DNA from: Anaeramoeba ignava BMAN
Taxonomy: Eukaryota > Protista > Anaeramoebae
NCBI GenBank assembly: GCA_028826165.1
Contig: JAPDFW010000074.1
Coordinates: 361,535-425,534 of the forward strand
Direction: 5' to 3'
DNA length: 64,000 bases
The position numbers were made by a program, and so were the translations under genes. Shown in pieces: positions 49,251 to 62,100 of this stretch (its first letter is position 1; every line of letters begins with the position of its first letter). The notes under the pieces were generated by a model. That model saw only the letters and a list, made by a program, of their open reading frames with translations. It was not told where the DNA came from and ran no database searches.

Positions 49251-51977
49251 TTAAATATCCAAATCATCTTGAAGTTCTTTTTCTTCTTTGTTTTCTTCTT
49301 GTTTTTTTGATTTTGATTTTCTTCTTTTTTTCTTTTTATATAAAATAATTCCAATAATAATTATTGAAATAACCAAAAGAGGAATAATTATTCCTAAAGT
49401 TATTGCTGTTGTTTTTGAATTATTATTAGATTCATTTGTTGATGATATTGTAATTGATGTTGTTGAATTAATTCCTGAATATTCATTAAATGAACAATTT
49501 AAATCAGCTGATGAATAAATTGAAATTTCATAATATTCTCCTCCTTTTAATCCTGAAACTGAATAATTTGTTGTTAAATTTGATAAACAAATTGATATTG
49601 AATTATAAGTAAATGAATATGCTTTTAATCCACTTGATAAAATTAATGAATCCCAATTACATTCAAATCCATTAATTAATGAATTACAAGTTAATGAAGT
49701 AATATTTCCTAATTTAGCTCTTGTTGAAATAATTGAACTAGGTTCTCCTAAATAAGGTGTTTCACAATTTAAATCTGAACATCCTCGAATTGAAATATTA
49801 TATTCAATATTTCCTGATATTCCACTTATGATTCCAATACCTTCATTTCCACTTAAATTAAGAGATGTGAAATTTTGCCAATTTGTTTCATTATTAAGTG
49901 AAATTGAATAATTATTTGCATTTGTTAATTTTGTGAAATTAAATTCAATTTCTTCAATTTTAGAAATTGTTTCATAAATTGTTGGAGCTGCTGGTAAATT
50001 ATCAGTTGTAATTGAAATTGATGAAATATATCCACATTTTCCATTTGAATTACATGCTGATATATTGATTTGATATTCTTGATTTGGAAATTGAACTGTA
50101 AATTGTTGATTTAATGAAGTTGGTTGATAATTTCCTGAATCATTTTGATAAATTGATTGATAAGTTAAATTATAATAAAATGGAATTGAACAATTAATTG
50201 GTTGATTCCAATTACAATTAATATCTAATGAATATTGAATTGAACATGTTAAATTTGTAACTTCTCCAAATATTAATGAAATTGATGATTCAACAAGTTC
50301 TCCTTTATCATCTCCTTCACATTCTTGTGTTCTACATCCACAAATTGAAATATTATAATCATTTTCACATTCAAAATTATTCCAAAGATAATCAAGTGAA
50401 GAATTATCAACTGAAATTAAAGATATTAAATCAGGTTGAGATTTATTTAAATAAGAAAGATTATAATGATCAAGATGAGCAATTCCTTCATCGATTTGAA
50501 CATTTGGATAATCCCAAGTAACATTAATTGAATAATTTGAAGGATTTGATAATTGAAAATCTTTTACAGAATCAATTTTTGTTGTTAAATTAATGAAAGA
50601 AGAAGATTCACCACATTTCATTGTTTCATTATCACAAGCTTTGATTTGAATTGAATAATATTCATTCCCAGTAATATTATCATAATTTGAAGAATTAAAT
50701 TGTTGATAATAAGCATTCCCATCTTCAAGAATTGGAGAATCAATATCAATCCAATCATATCCATAATTAATTTGATAAATCAATGTTAATCCACATTCAA
50801 TTTGATCCCAATAACAATCAAATGATGAAAACAAAGATGAACAATTAAGAATATTAACTTGAGGAATGAAATGAGCTTCATAAACAAATGCTTGATTTGC
50901 ATCATAAGCTCCAATAACAGTAAAATTCCCATAAATTGAAACAGAATTCCCAAAATCTGAAACTGAAGATTCATTCAAATTTTGTTCTTGATTCCAAATT
51001 GTTCCATTAAATCTGTAAATATATGCTTGATTTGCACCAGAAGCACCAACAACAATAACATCTTCATAAATTGAAACAGAACCTCCAAAAGTTGAAACTG
51101 AAGATTCATTCAAAATTTTTTCTTCATTCCAAATTGTTCCATTATATCTGTAAATATATGCTTTTCTTGCACCAGGAGCACCAATAACAATAACATCTTC
51201 ATAAATTGAAACAGAATTCCCAAAAAATAAAACTGAAGATTCATTCAAAATTTTTTCTTCATTCCAAATTGTTCCATTATATCTGTAAATATATGCTTTC
51301 TTTGCATCATTAGCTCCAATAACAATAACATCTTCATAAATTGAAACAGAATATCCAAAATCTGAAACTGAAAATTCATTCAAAATTTGTTCTTCATTCC
51401 AAATTGTTCCATTATATCTGTAAATATATGCTTGATTTGCAACATAAGCTCCAATAACAGTAAAATTCCCATAAATTGAAACAGAATATCCAAAATCTGA
51501 AACTGAAGATCCATTCAAAATTTGTTCTTGATTCCAAATTGTTCCATTATATCTGTAAATATATGCTTTATATGAAATAGAAGCACCAATAACAATAACA
51601 TCTTCATAAATTGAAACAGAAGATCCAAAAAGTGAATATGAAGATCCATTCAAAATTTGTTCTTGATTCCAAATTGTTCCATTATATCTGTAAATATATG
51701 CTTTATTTGCAACATTAGCTCCAATAACAATAACATCTTCATAAATTGAAACAGAATGTCCAAAATATCCTGGATTTGAAAATTGATTTAATAAATTCCA
51801 AATCCAAGCTTCATCTAGAGTAGAATAATATCTTGTTGTTTCTGTTAATAATCTTGTTGTTTCTAATTCTTGAATTATTGTGGAAATTGAATTTTTTTGT
51901 TGATCTTGATTTGATTGAATTAAGAAAACATTAATAATTAAGAAAAAGGAAAAGGAAAAGAAAAGAATTAATTTCAT
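49251..51977 (-). CDS. FG-GAP propeller (7 blades)/FN3-like/TM surface protein (paralogue A)
   Basis: Intact 908-aa ORF with signal peptide, 40-aa repeats, TM AITLGIIIPLLVISIIIIGIILY and a KKKKRRK tail. Confidence 0.87.
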   Translation of the reverse strand: MKLILFFSFSFFLIINVFLIQSNQDQQKNSISTIIQELETTRLLTETTRYYSTLDEAWIWNLLNQFSNPGYFGHSVSIYEDVIVIGANVANKAYIYRYNGTIWNQEQILNGSSYSLFGSSVSIYEDVIVIGASISYKAYIYRYNGTIWNQEQILNGSSVSDFGYSVSIYGNFTVIGAYVANQAYIYRYNGTIWNEEQILNEFSVSDFGYSVSIYEDVIVIGANDAKKAYIYRYNGTIWNEEKILNESSVLFFGNSVSIYEDVIVIGAPGARKAYIYRYNGTIWNEEKILNESSVSTFGGSVSIYEDVIVVGASGANQAYIYRFNGTIWNQEQNLNESSVSDFGNSVSIYGNFTVIGAYDANQAFVYEAHFIPQVNILNCSSLFSSFDCYWDQIECGLTLIYQINYGYDWIDIDSPILEDGNAYYQQFNSSNYDNITGNEYYSIQIKACDNETMKCGESSSFINLTTKIDSVKDFQLSNPSNYSINVTWDYPNVQIDEGIAHLDHYNLSYLNKSQPDLISLISVDNSSLDYLWNNFECENDYNISICGCRTQECEGDDKGELVESSISLIFGEVTNLTCSIQYSLDINCNWNQPINCSIPFYYNLTYQSIYQNDSGNYQPTSLNQQFTVQFPNQEYQINISACNSNGKCGYISSISITTDNLPAAPTIYETISKIEEIEFNFTKLTNANNYSISLNNETNWQNFTSLNLSGNEGIGIISGISGNIEYNISIRGCSDLNCETPYLGEPSSIISTRAKLGNITSLTCNSLINGFECNWDSLILSSGLKAYSFTYNSISICLSNLTTNYSVSGLKGGEYYEISIYSSADLNCSFNEYSGINSTTSITISSTNESNNNSKTTAITLGIIIPLLVISIIIIGIILYKKKKRRKSKSKKQEENKEEKELQDDLDI

Positions 51978-52574
51978 TTTTTGTTGTTTTGCTATTTTTT
52001 ATTTAATTAAAATAAAAATAATAAAATAAATTTATTTTTTGTGTGTTTATTATTTAAAACAAATTATTTTTTTTACTTTTTTGCTTTTGTTTACTATTTT
52101 TTATTTTAAATTAAATATAAAATTAATAAAATAAATTTATTTTTTGTGTTTATTTGTGTTTATTAATTAAAACAAATTTATTTTTTTACTTTTTTGTTTT
52201 TGCTTGTTGAAAAAAAAATGAAAAGAAGAAAAAATGATCAATTTTATTTTTTAAATTAAAAATCCAGTAAAAAAAATTATTTTTTCTGTTTGTTTCTTGT
52301 TTAATTAAAAAATTGAATAAATGAATTTAAAATTAAATTATATTTAAGAATAATTTTTTATTATTAATTAATGATAATTTCTATTCAAATTAATGAAATA
52401 AATTTTAATTTAAATTTTCCAAAAAAAAAAAATAAATTTAATAAGAATTTAATAAGAATTTAATAAGAATTTAATAATAATTTAATAAGAAAAAGAAAGA
52501 GAATTTTATTTCTAATTTAATTATTAATTAAATCTAAATTAAATCTAAATAAAATTTGATTCAAATTTATATCT

Positions 52575-53425
52575 TTTTTTTCTTTTTGTAAATATAAAAA
52601 ATAAGAATAGATTTAATTTAATATTTAATTTATAAATTAATTTAAAAATATAATTTAATATTTAATTTTATTATTAAAATAATAATTTATTGTTTTTAAA
52701 TTTAAATACTTTTATTATTTAAATATTTAACATAAAAATATAAAAATAAGAATAGATTTAATTTAATATTTAATTTATAAATTAATTTAAAAATATAATT
52801 TAATATTTAATTTTATGTTTAAAATAATAATTTAATGTTTTAGATTTAAATACTTTATTATTTAAATATTTAACATATAAATATAAAAATAAGAATAGAT
52901 TTAATTTAATATTTAATTTATAAATTAATTTAAAAATATAATTTAATATTTAATTTTATGTTTAGAATAATAATTTATTGTTTTAAATTTAAATATTTTA
53001 TTATTTAAATATTTAACATATAAATATAAAAAATGAAAATAGATTTAATTTAATATTTAATTTATAAATTAATTTAAAAATATAATTTAATATTTAATTT
53101 TATTATTAAAATATTAATTTATTGTTTTAGATTTAAATATTTTATTATTTAAATATTTAACATAAAAATATAAAAATAAGAATAGATTTAATTTAATATT
53201 TAATTTATAAATTGATTTAGAAATATAATTTAATATTTAATTTTATTATTAAAATAATAATTTAATGTTTTTAAATTTAAATATTTTATTATTTAAATAT
53301 TTAACATATAAATATAAAAAATGAGAATAGATTTAATTTAATATTTAATTTATAAATTAATTTAAAAATATAATTTAATATTTAATTTTATTATTAAAAT
53401 AATAATTTATTGTTTTATATTTAAA
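52575..53425. repeat. 144-bp satellite array (about 6 copies)
   Basis: Same unit and same leader (TCTTTTTGTAAATATAAAAAAT) as the other arrays. Confidence 0.9.
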
Positions 53426-53584
53426 TATAAAATAAATAAAAAAAAGTGGAATGAAATTTTGATTTTTATTTTTGATTTTTCTTTTCTTGATTTTTGAAAT
53501 TGAAAAAAAAGAAAATGAAATTAGAATTGAAAAAAGAAAAATGAAAAGAAGGAAATTGTTTGAAAAATGAAATGAAAATTGAAA

Positions 53585-56181
53585 TTAAATATCCAAATCA
53601 TCTTGAAGTTCTTTTTCTTCTTTGTTTTTCTTCTTGTTTTTGATTTTGATTTTTCTTTTTTTTCTTTTTATATAAAATAATTCCAATAATAATTATTGAA
53701 ATAACCAAAAGAGGAATAATTATTCCTAAAGTTATTGCTGTTGTTTTTGAATTATTATTAGATTCATTTGTTGATGATATTGTAATTGATGTTGTTGAAT
53801 TAATTCCTGAATATTCATTAAATGAACAATTTAAATCAGCTGATGAATAAATTGAAATTTCATAATATTCTCCTCCTTTTAATCCTGAAACTGAATAATT
53901 TGTTGTTAAATTTGATAAACAAATTGATATTGAATTATAAGTAAATGAATATGCTTTTAATCCACTTGATAAAATTAATGAATCCCAATTACATTCAAAT
54001 CCATTAATTAATGAATTACAAGTTAATGAAGTAATATTTCCTAATTTAGCTCTTGTTGAAATAATTGAACTAGGTTCTCCTAAATAAGGTGTTTCACAAT
54101 TTAAATCTGAACATCCTCGAATTGAAATATTATATTCAATATTTCCTGATATTCCACTTATGATTCCAATACCTTCATTTCCACTTAAATTAAGAGATGT
54201 GAAATTTTGCCAATTTGTTTCATTATTAAGTGAAATTGAATAATTATTTGCATTTGTTAATTTTGTGAAATTTAAATTCAATTTCTTCAATTTTAGAAAT
54301 TGTTTCATAAATTGTTGGAGCTGCTGGTAAATTATCAGTTGTAATTGAAATTGATGAAATATATCCACATTTTCCATTTGAATTACATGCTGATATATTG
54401 ATTTGATATTCTTGATTTGGAAATTGAACTGTAAATTGTTGATTTAATGAAGTTGGTTGATAATTTCCTGAATCATTTTGATAAATTGATTGATAAGTTA
54501 AATTATAATAAAATGGAATTGAACAATTAATTGGTTGATTCCAATTACAATTAATATCTAATGAATATTGAATTGAACATGTTAAATTTGTAACTTCTCC
54601 AAATATTAATGAAATTGATGATTCAACAAGTTCTCCTTTATCATCTCCTTCACATTCTTGTGTTCTACATCCACAAATTGAAATATTATAATCATTTTCA
54701 CATTCAAAATTATTCCAAAGATAATCAAGTGAAGAATTATCAACTGAAATTAAAGATATTAAATCAGGTTGAGATTGATTGAAATAAGAAAGATTATAAT
54801 GATCAAGATGAGCAATTCCTTCATTGATTTGAACATTTGGATAATCCCAAGTAACATTAATTGAATAATTTGAAGGATTTGATAATTGAAAATCTTTTAC
54901 AGAATCAATTTTTGTTGTTAAATTAATGAAAGAAGAAGATTCACCACATTTCATTGTTTCATTATCACAAGCTTTGATTTGAATTGAATAATATTCATTT
55001 CCAGTAATATTATCATAATTTGAAGAATTAAATTGTTGATAATAAGCATTCCCATCTTCAAGAATTGGAGAATCAATATCAATCCAATCATATCCATAAT
55101 TAATTTGATAAATCAATGTTAATCCACATTCAATTTTATCCCAATAACAATCAAATGATGAAAACAAAGATGAACAATTAACAATATTAACTTGAGGAAT
55201 GAAATGAGCTTCATAAACAAATGCTTGATTTGCATCATAAGCTCCAATAACAGTAAAATTCCCATAAATTGAAACAGAATATCCAAAATCTGAAACTGAA
55301 GATTCATTCAAATTTTGTTCTTGATTCCAAATTGTTCCATTAAATCTGTAAATATATGCTTTCTTTGCATCATTAGCTCCAATAACAATAACATTTTCAT
55401 AAATTGAAACAGAATATCCAAAATCTGGAACTGAAAATTCATTCAAAATTTTTTCTTCATTCCAAATTGTTCCATTATATCTGTAAATATATGCTTGATT
55501 TGCACCAGGAGCACCAACAACAATAACATCTTCATAAATTGAAACAGAACCTCCAAAAGTTGGAACTGAAGATTCATTCAAAATTTTTTCTTGATTCCAA
55601 ATTGATCCATTATATCTGTAAATATATGCTTGATTTGCACCAGGAGCACCAATAACAATAACATCTTCATAAATTGAAACAGAATTCCCAAAAAATAAAA
55701 CTGAAGATTCATTCAAAATTTGTTCTTCATTCCAAATTGTTCCATTATATCTGTAAATATATGCTTGATTTGCAACATAAGCTCCAATAACAGTAAAATT
55801 CCCATAAATTGAAACAGAATATCCAAAATCTGAAACTGAAGATCCATTCAAAATTTGTTCTTGATTCCAAATTGTTCCATTATATCTGTAAATAAATACT
55901 TGATCTGCAACATTAGCTCCAATAACAATAACATCTTCATAAATTGAAACAGAATGTCCAAAATATCCTGGATTTGAAAATTGATCTAATAAATTCCAAA
56001 TCCAAGCTTCATCTGGAGTAGAATAATATCTTGTTGTTTCTGTTAATAATCTTGTTGTTTCTAATTCTTGAATTATTTTGGAAATTGAATTTTTTTGTTG
56101 ATTTTGATTTTGATTTGATTGAATTAAGAAAATATTGATAATTAAGAAAAAGGAAAAGGAAAAGAAAAGATTTAATTTCAT
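53585..56181 (-). CDS. FG-GAP propeller (6 blades)/FN3-like/TM surface protein (paralogue B), tandem duplicate of paralogue A
   Basis: ORFs 54244-56181 and 53598-54377 are joined by a single-base homopolymer frameshift near 54270. The stalk is nearly identical to paralogue A. Confidence 0.85.
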
Positions 56182-57193
56182 TTTTTGTTGTTTTGCATTT
56201 TTTGTTTTGTTTTGCTATTTTTTATTTTAAATTAAATATAAAATTAATAAAATAAATTTATTTTTTGTGTTTATTTGTGTTTATTATTTAAAACAAATTT
56301 GTTTTTTTACTTTTTTGCTTTTGTTTACTATTTTTTGTTTTAAATTAAATATAAAATTAATAAAATAAATTTATTTTTTGTGTGTTTATTAATTAAAACA
56401 AATTTATTTTTTTACTTTTTTGTTTTTGTTTTTGCTTGTTGAAAAAAAAAATGAAAAGAAGAAAAAATGATCAATTTTATTTTTTAAATTAAAAATCCAG
56501 TAAAAAAAATTATTTTTTCTGTTTGTTTCTTGTTTAATTAAAAAATTGAATAAATGAATTTAAAATTAAAATATATTTAAGAATAATTTTTTATTATTAA
56601 TTAATGATAATTTCTATTCAAATTAATGAAATAAATTTTAATTTAAATTTTCCAAAAAAAAAAAATAAATTTAATAAGAATTTAATAAGAATTTAATAAG
56701 AAAAAGAAAGAGAATTTTATTTCTAAATCTAAATTAAAATCTAAATTAAAATTAAATTTAAAATCAAAATCAAAATTAAAATCAAAATTAAAATTAAAAT
56801 TAAAATTAAAATTAAAATTAAAATTTTGAGAATTTTCTTTTAAAAAAAAGAGATCAAAAGAAAATAAAAAGAAATTTATAAAGAATTCTAAATTAAAATT
56901 AATTTAAATTTTTGAAATAAAATTGATTTAAAAAGAAAAAAAGAGAAAAAGAGAAAAAAACTCAAAAAAAAAAGAAATTATTCATAAATTAATCATAAAT
57001 TAATAAAAAAAAGAAAATAAAAGCAAAAAAAATTAATTTGATTAAATTCATTCTTTTTCTTTTCTTTTCTTTTCTTTTTTTATTTTTGATTTTCAATTCT
57101 TTTTAAAAAATTTTGTAAGAAAAAAGAAAAAAATTCCAATTTATCCAAAAAATAAAAAATTTTAATCTTTTTTCTTTTTTAAATTCTTTTTAG

Positions 57194-58335
<1,142 letters not shown>

Positions 58336-58480
58336 ATCTCAATCTAAATCAAAAATCAATTTCCAAAATCAAATCAAAAACAATTTTCAAAATCAAATCC
58401 AAATCAAATTCTTTTTTCTTTTTTTGTTTTTTTTTTAAAAAATTGAAAAAGTAAAATTCCAATTCAAAATCAAATTTTTT

Positions 58481-59000
58481 AAATAGTTTTGATTTATTAT
58501 TTAATTTAGAATTAAGTTTAAAAATATATTTTATTTTTAATTTTATTATTAATTTAATATTTTTTAATTTAAAATTAATTATATTTTGTTAATAAATATT
58601 TTAATTTAATTTATATCTAATTTTTTAAATAGTTTTGATTTAATATTTAATTTAGAATTAAGTTTAAAAATATAATTTATTATTAATTTTATTATTAAAT
58701 TATTATTTTTTAATTTAAAATTAATTATATTTTGTTATTAAATATTTTAATTTAATTTATATCTAATTTTTCAAATAGTTTTGATTTAATATTTAATTTA
58801 GAATTAAGTTTAAAAATATATTTTATTTTTAATTTTATTATTAAATTAATATTTTTAATTTAAAATTAATTATATTTTGTTATTAAATATTTTGATTTAA
58901 TTTATATCTAATTTTTCAAATAGTTTTGATTTAATATTTAATTTAGAATTAAGTTTAAAAATATAATTTATTATTAATTTTATTATTAATTTAATATTTT
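58481..59000. repeat. ~146-bp satellite, a diverged relative of the 144-bp family (about 3.5 copies)
   Basis: The AAATAGTTTTGATTT anchor recurs at 58481, 58627, 58773 and 58918; it shares a TTTAATATTTAATTTA...TTTAAAAATATA core. Confidence 0.85.
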
Positions 59001-59198
59001 TTAATTTAAATTTAAAATAAAATTTGTTTTTTTCATTTTTTCATTTTTTTCTTTTTTAAAAAGTAAAAATAATTAATTTTATTTTAATAAATTTATTCGG
59101 AATATAAAATAGAAATTAAAATAATGTAAAAATAATAATTTAAAACTAATTTTAATCCTTTTATTTTTTTTGTTATTTTTTAAAAAAAAAAAGCAAAA

Positions 59199-62100
59199 AT
59201 GAATCAAAAATCAAAAGAGTTAAAATTAAAAGAAATTCAATAAATTCTTAATAAAACAAGCTAATAAACAATTTGGTTTAATTTTTGAAAATGAAGAAAG
59301 TTCAGATTTTAAAATTTATTGTGGAAAAGATAAAATTTCAATTCCTTGTCATAAATTTATTTTAGAATCTCGTTCAAAATATTTTATGATAAAAACAAAA
59401 GAAAATCAAATAAATTCAATTCATTTTAATAATTTTAGTTCAGAAATTGTTAAACCAATTATTAAATTTTTATAATGGAAAATTTAAATTTGATAAACAA
59501 AAATTTGAAGAATATTTTTAATTTTGCAAATGAAATCAAATCAAAAAGAAATTAAAAACAAAAATTGAACTTGAAATTGAATTGATTTTAAATGTTGAAA
59601 ATATTTTGGAAATTTATTCCAAAACCCAAAAAATCAAATCAAAAAATCTTTTACAAATTTGTCAACAATTCATTTCTCAAAATGTTCAATTAATTTCTCC
59701 AAATCAAGAAATTGAAAAAAATTTAAATCAAAATGAAATTGAATATCAAAATCAAAAAGAATTTTTTACAAGTTTTCCAAATGGAAGTGAATTGTTTAAA
59801 ATTTGGAAAGAAATTATATCAAAGAATTATACTGAAGTAAAGAAAAAATAATTTAATTTAAAATAGTCAAACAAAAATTAATTTAATTTTCTTTTAGATT
59901 AATGAAAAAATTATTGAATTTGGTTTATTATTTCAAACTTCATTTCAAAAATGGAATCCAATTCAAACAAAATCAAATCAAAATCAAAATGAAAAATATT
60001 TTGAAAATGAAGCAATTAATGAAGCAATTTTACAAAAAGAAGCTCATCCAATAAAAATTTATTCATTTCATTATAAATTTATTAATTTATTCAAAGATTT
60101 TATTAAAGGTTTTTATTGTTATTTTTATTATAATTCTTTTTTTTTTGGAAAAATGAAAATATTAAAAATTTTTAAAACACAAAAAGGAAATCAAAAGGAA
60201 AACATTCAAGCTCATAAAAATTTGATTTTCTTTATCAATCATTTCAATCATTTCAAAATCAAAATTTAATCGTCAAATTTTATTTGAAAATGAAATTTTT
60301 CAAATTATTCAAGATTTATTGAATTTACAAAAATCTTTTTAAATTAATGGAAAACTTATTTTTCAAAAACAAAACGAATCAAATTCTTCACTTTCAATTT
60401 ATTATTTAATTGAAATCCAATTTATTCTTTCAGAAATTATGGAAATTTTATATCAATTTTTAAGACCAAGAAGAAAAGTTCTTCCAAAATGAAAAATTTT
60501 AGAATCATTTAAAAACAAAAATAATTTCATTATTAATTGGTAAATTTAAATTTAAATATTAAATATTAAATTATTTAAAATTAATTTAAAAATAATAGAA
60601 TGTTTTGAAATTATTTTAAATCTCAGAAAATCATTCATTTTCACAACAAAACAATTTGAGAAATTCAATCAAAAATTCCTCAAATTTTTGAGATTTGTTA
60701 TGAATTAAATTTATTATCAGAAAAAGAAAAATTGATTTAATTTTACTTTTTAACATCTTTTAAACCTCCAAATTTATCATCATCTCTTCCAAATATTGGA
60801 TTTTCAAATGAAGAGAAAATAAATTTGGCATTCAAGTTGAAATTGGTTTCTTGAATTTCAAAAAGAAAATGAAAAAGAAAATGAAAATGAAGAAAAATAG
60901 TAGAATATGAAATGAATGAAATTGAAGATTTTTCCAAACAAATTATTTGTATTTGATCCAAAAATCAAAAAAGAAGAAAATCATTTCATTTTACAAAATT
61001 TCAAACCTTTAAAAGGAAATTTAATTCATTTTGAATTTGATTTTCGTTCAAATATTTTCCAATTCCTTGTTAAAATTATTGAAGAAGAAAATATAATTGA
61101 ACAAATTATAAACAATAATAATATTTCATATATTGGGGATTTTATTCTTTGGGTTTCTTATTATTTTCAATTAGCCTTACCAAAAAATTTGAAAGAAGAT
61201 CAAAATCAAAATGAAAATATTAAACCAAAAAAAGTATCAGAAATTAATTTATACAACCACTATTTGGATATACTTTTTAATCATATTAGAAATTTCAAAA
61301 GATTGGAAAAATCAAATGAAAATGATTTATCAAAAATATAAGAAAAGAATTAGATAAATTTGCAAATGAAACAAAAAGAAAAGTTAATAATTTCAAAGAA
61401 AGATTATTTTTTTATATTGATTTATTCAAAAATCCAAATGAAAATTCATCTTTTAATTCATATTCTATCAAATCAACAAAATTATTCAAATTCAAAAATT
61501 TATCAAAATATTTACCCTCAAGTTCAAATGTATGTTTTATTTGAATTAAAGAGAATGATTATTAATGATGTAGAGATAAAAGAAATTCTTAACTTTTTCA
61601 AAAATGGAGGTTGGGAAATTTGTTTTTCTGATTATTTTATCAGAAATAATTTCAATAATTCGAATGTAAAGAAAAATCTAAAATTTAAATTTAAATTTAA
61701 TTTAATTTTAATTTAATTTTAATTTCAATTGGATTAAATTAAATGAAATTCAGATTTACAAACATTATTAATTGATCTCATGATTAATGTTTTAACATTT
61801 CAAGATTATTTTGGTTATAAATTCTTATTTAATCAAATTTTCAAAAATCAAAATATCAAATCAAATTTATCGTTATTAAATCGATTTTTAGAATGATAAT
61901 TGAACTTATCAATAAAAATCCTCAAATTTCATCAAATAAGATTATTGAAAATTAAAGCATTTGAAGGAATTGAAGAAATTTTGTTTCATTCAATCCAAAA
62001 ACAAAATAAATCAATTGAATTATGTTTAAAAATTCTAGATTTGTTATTTCAAAAAGCAGATATTGAAATTATTTTGCAAAATCAAGAACTTACCATTAGT

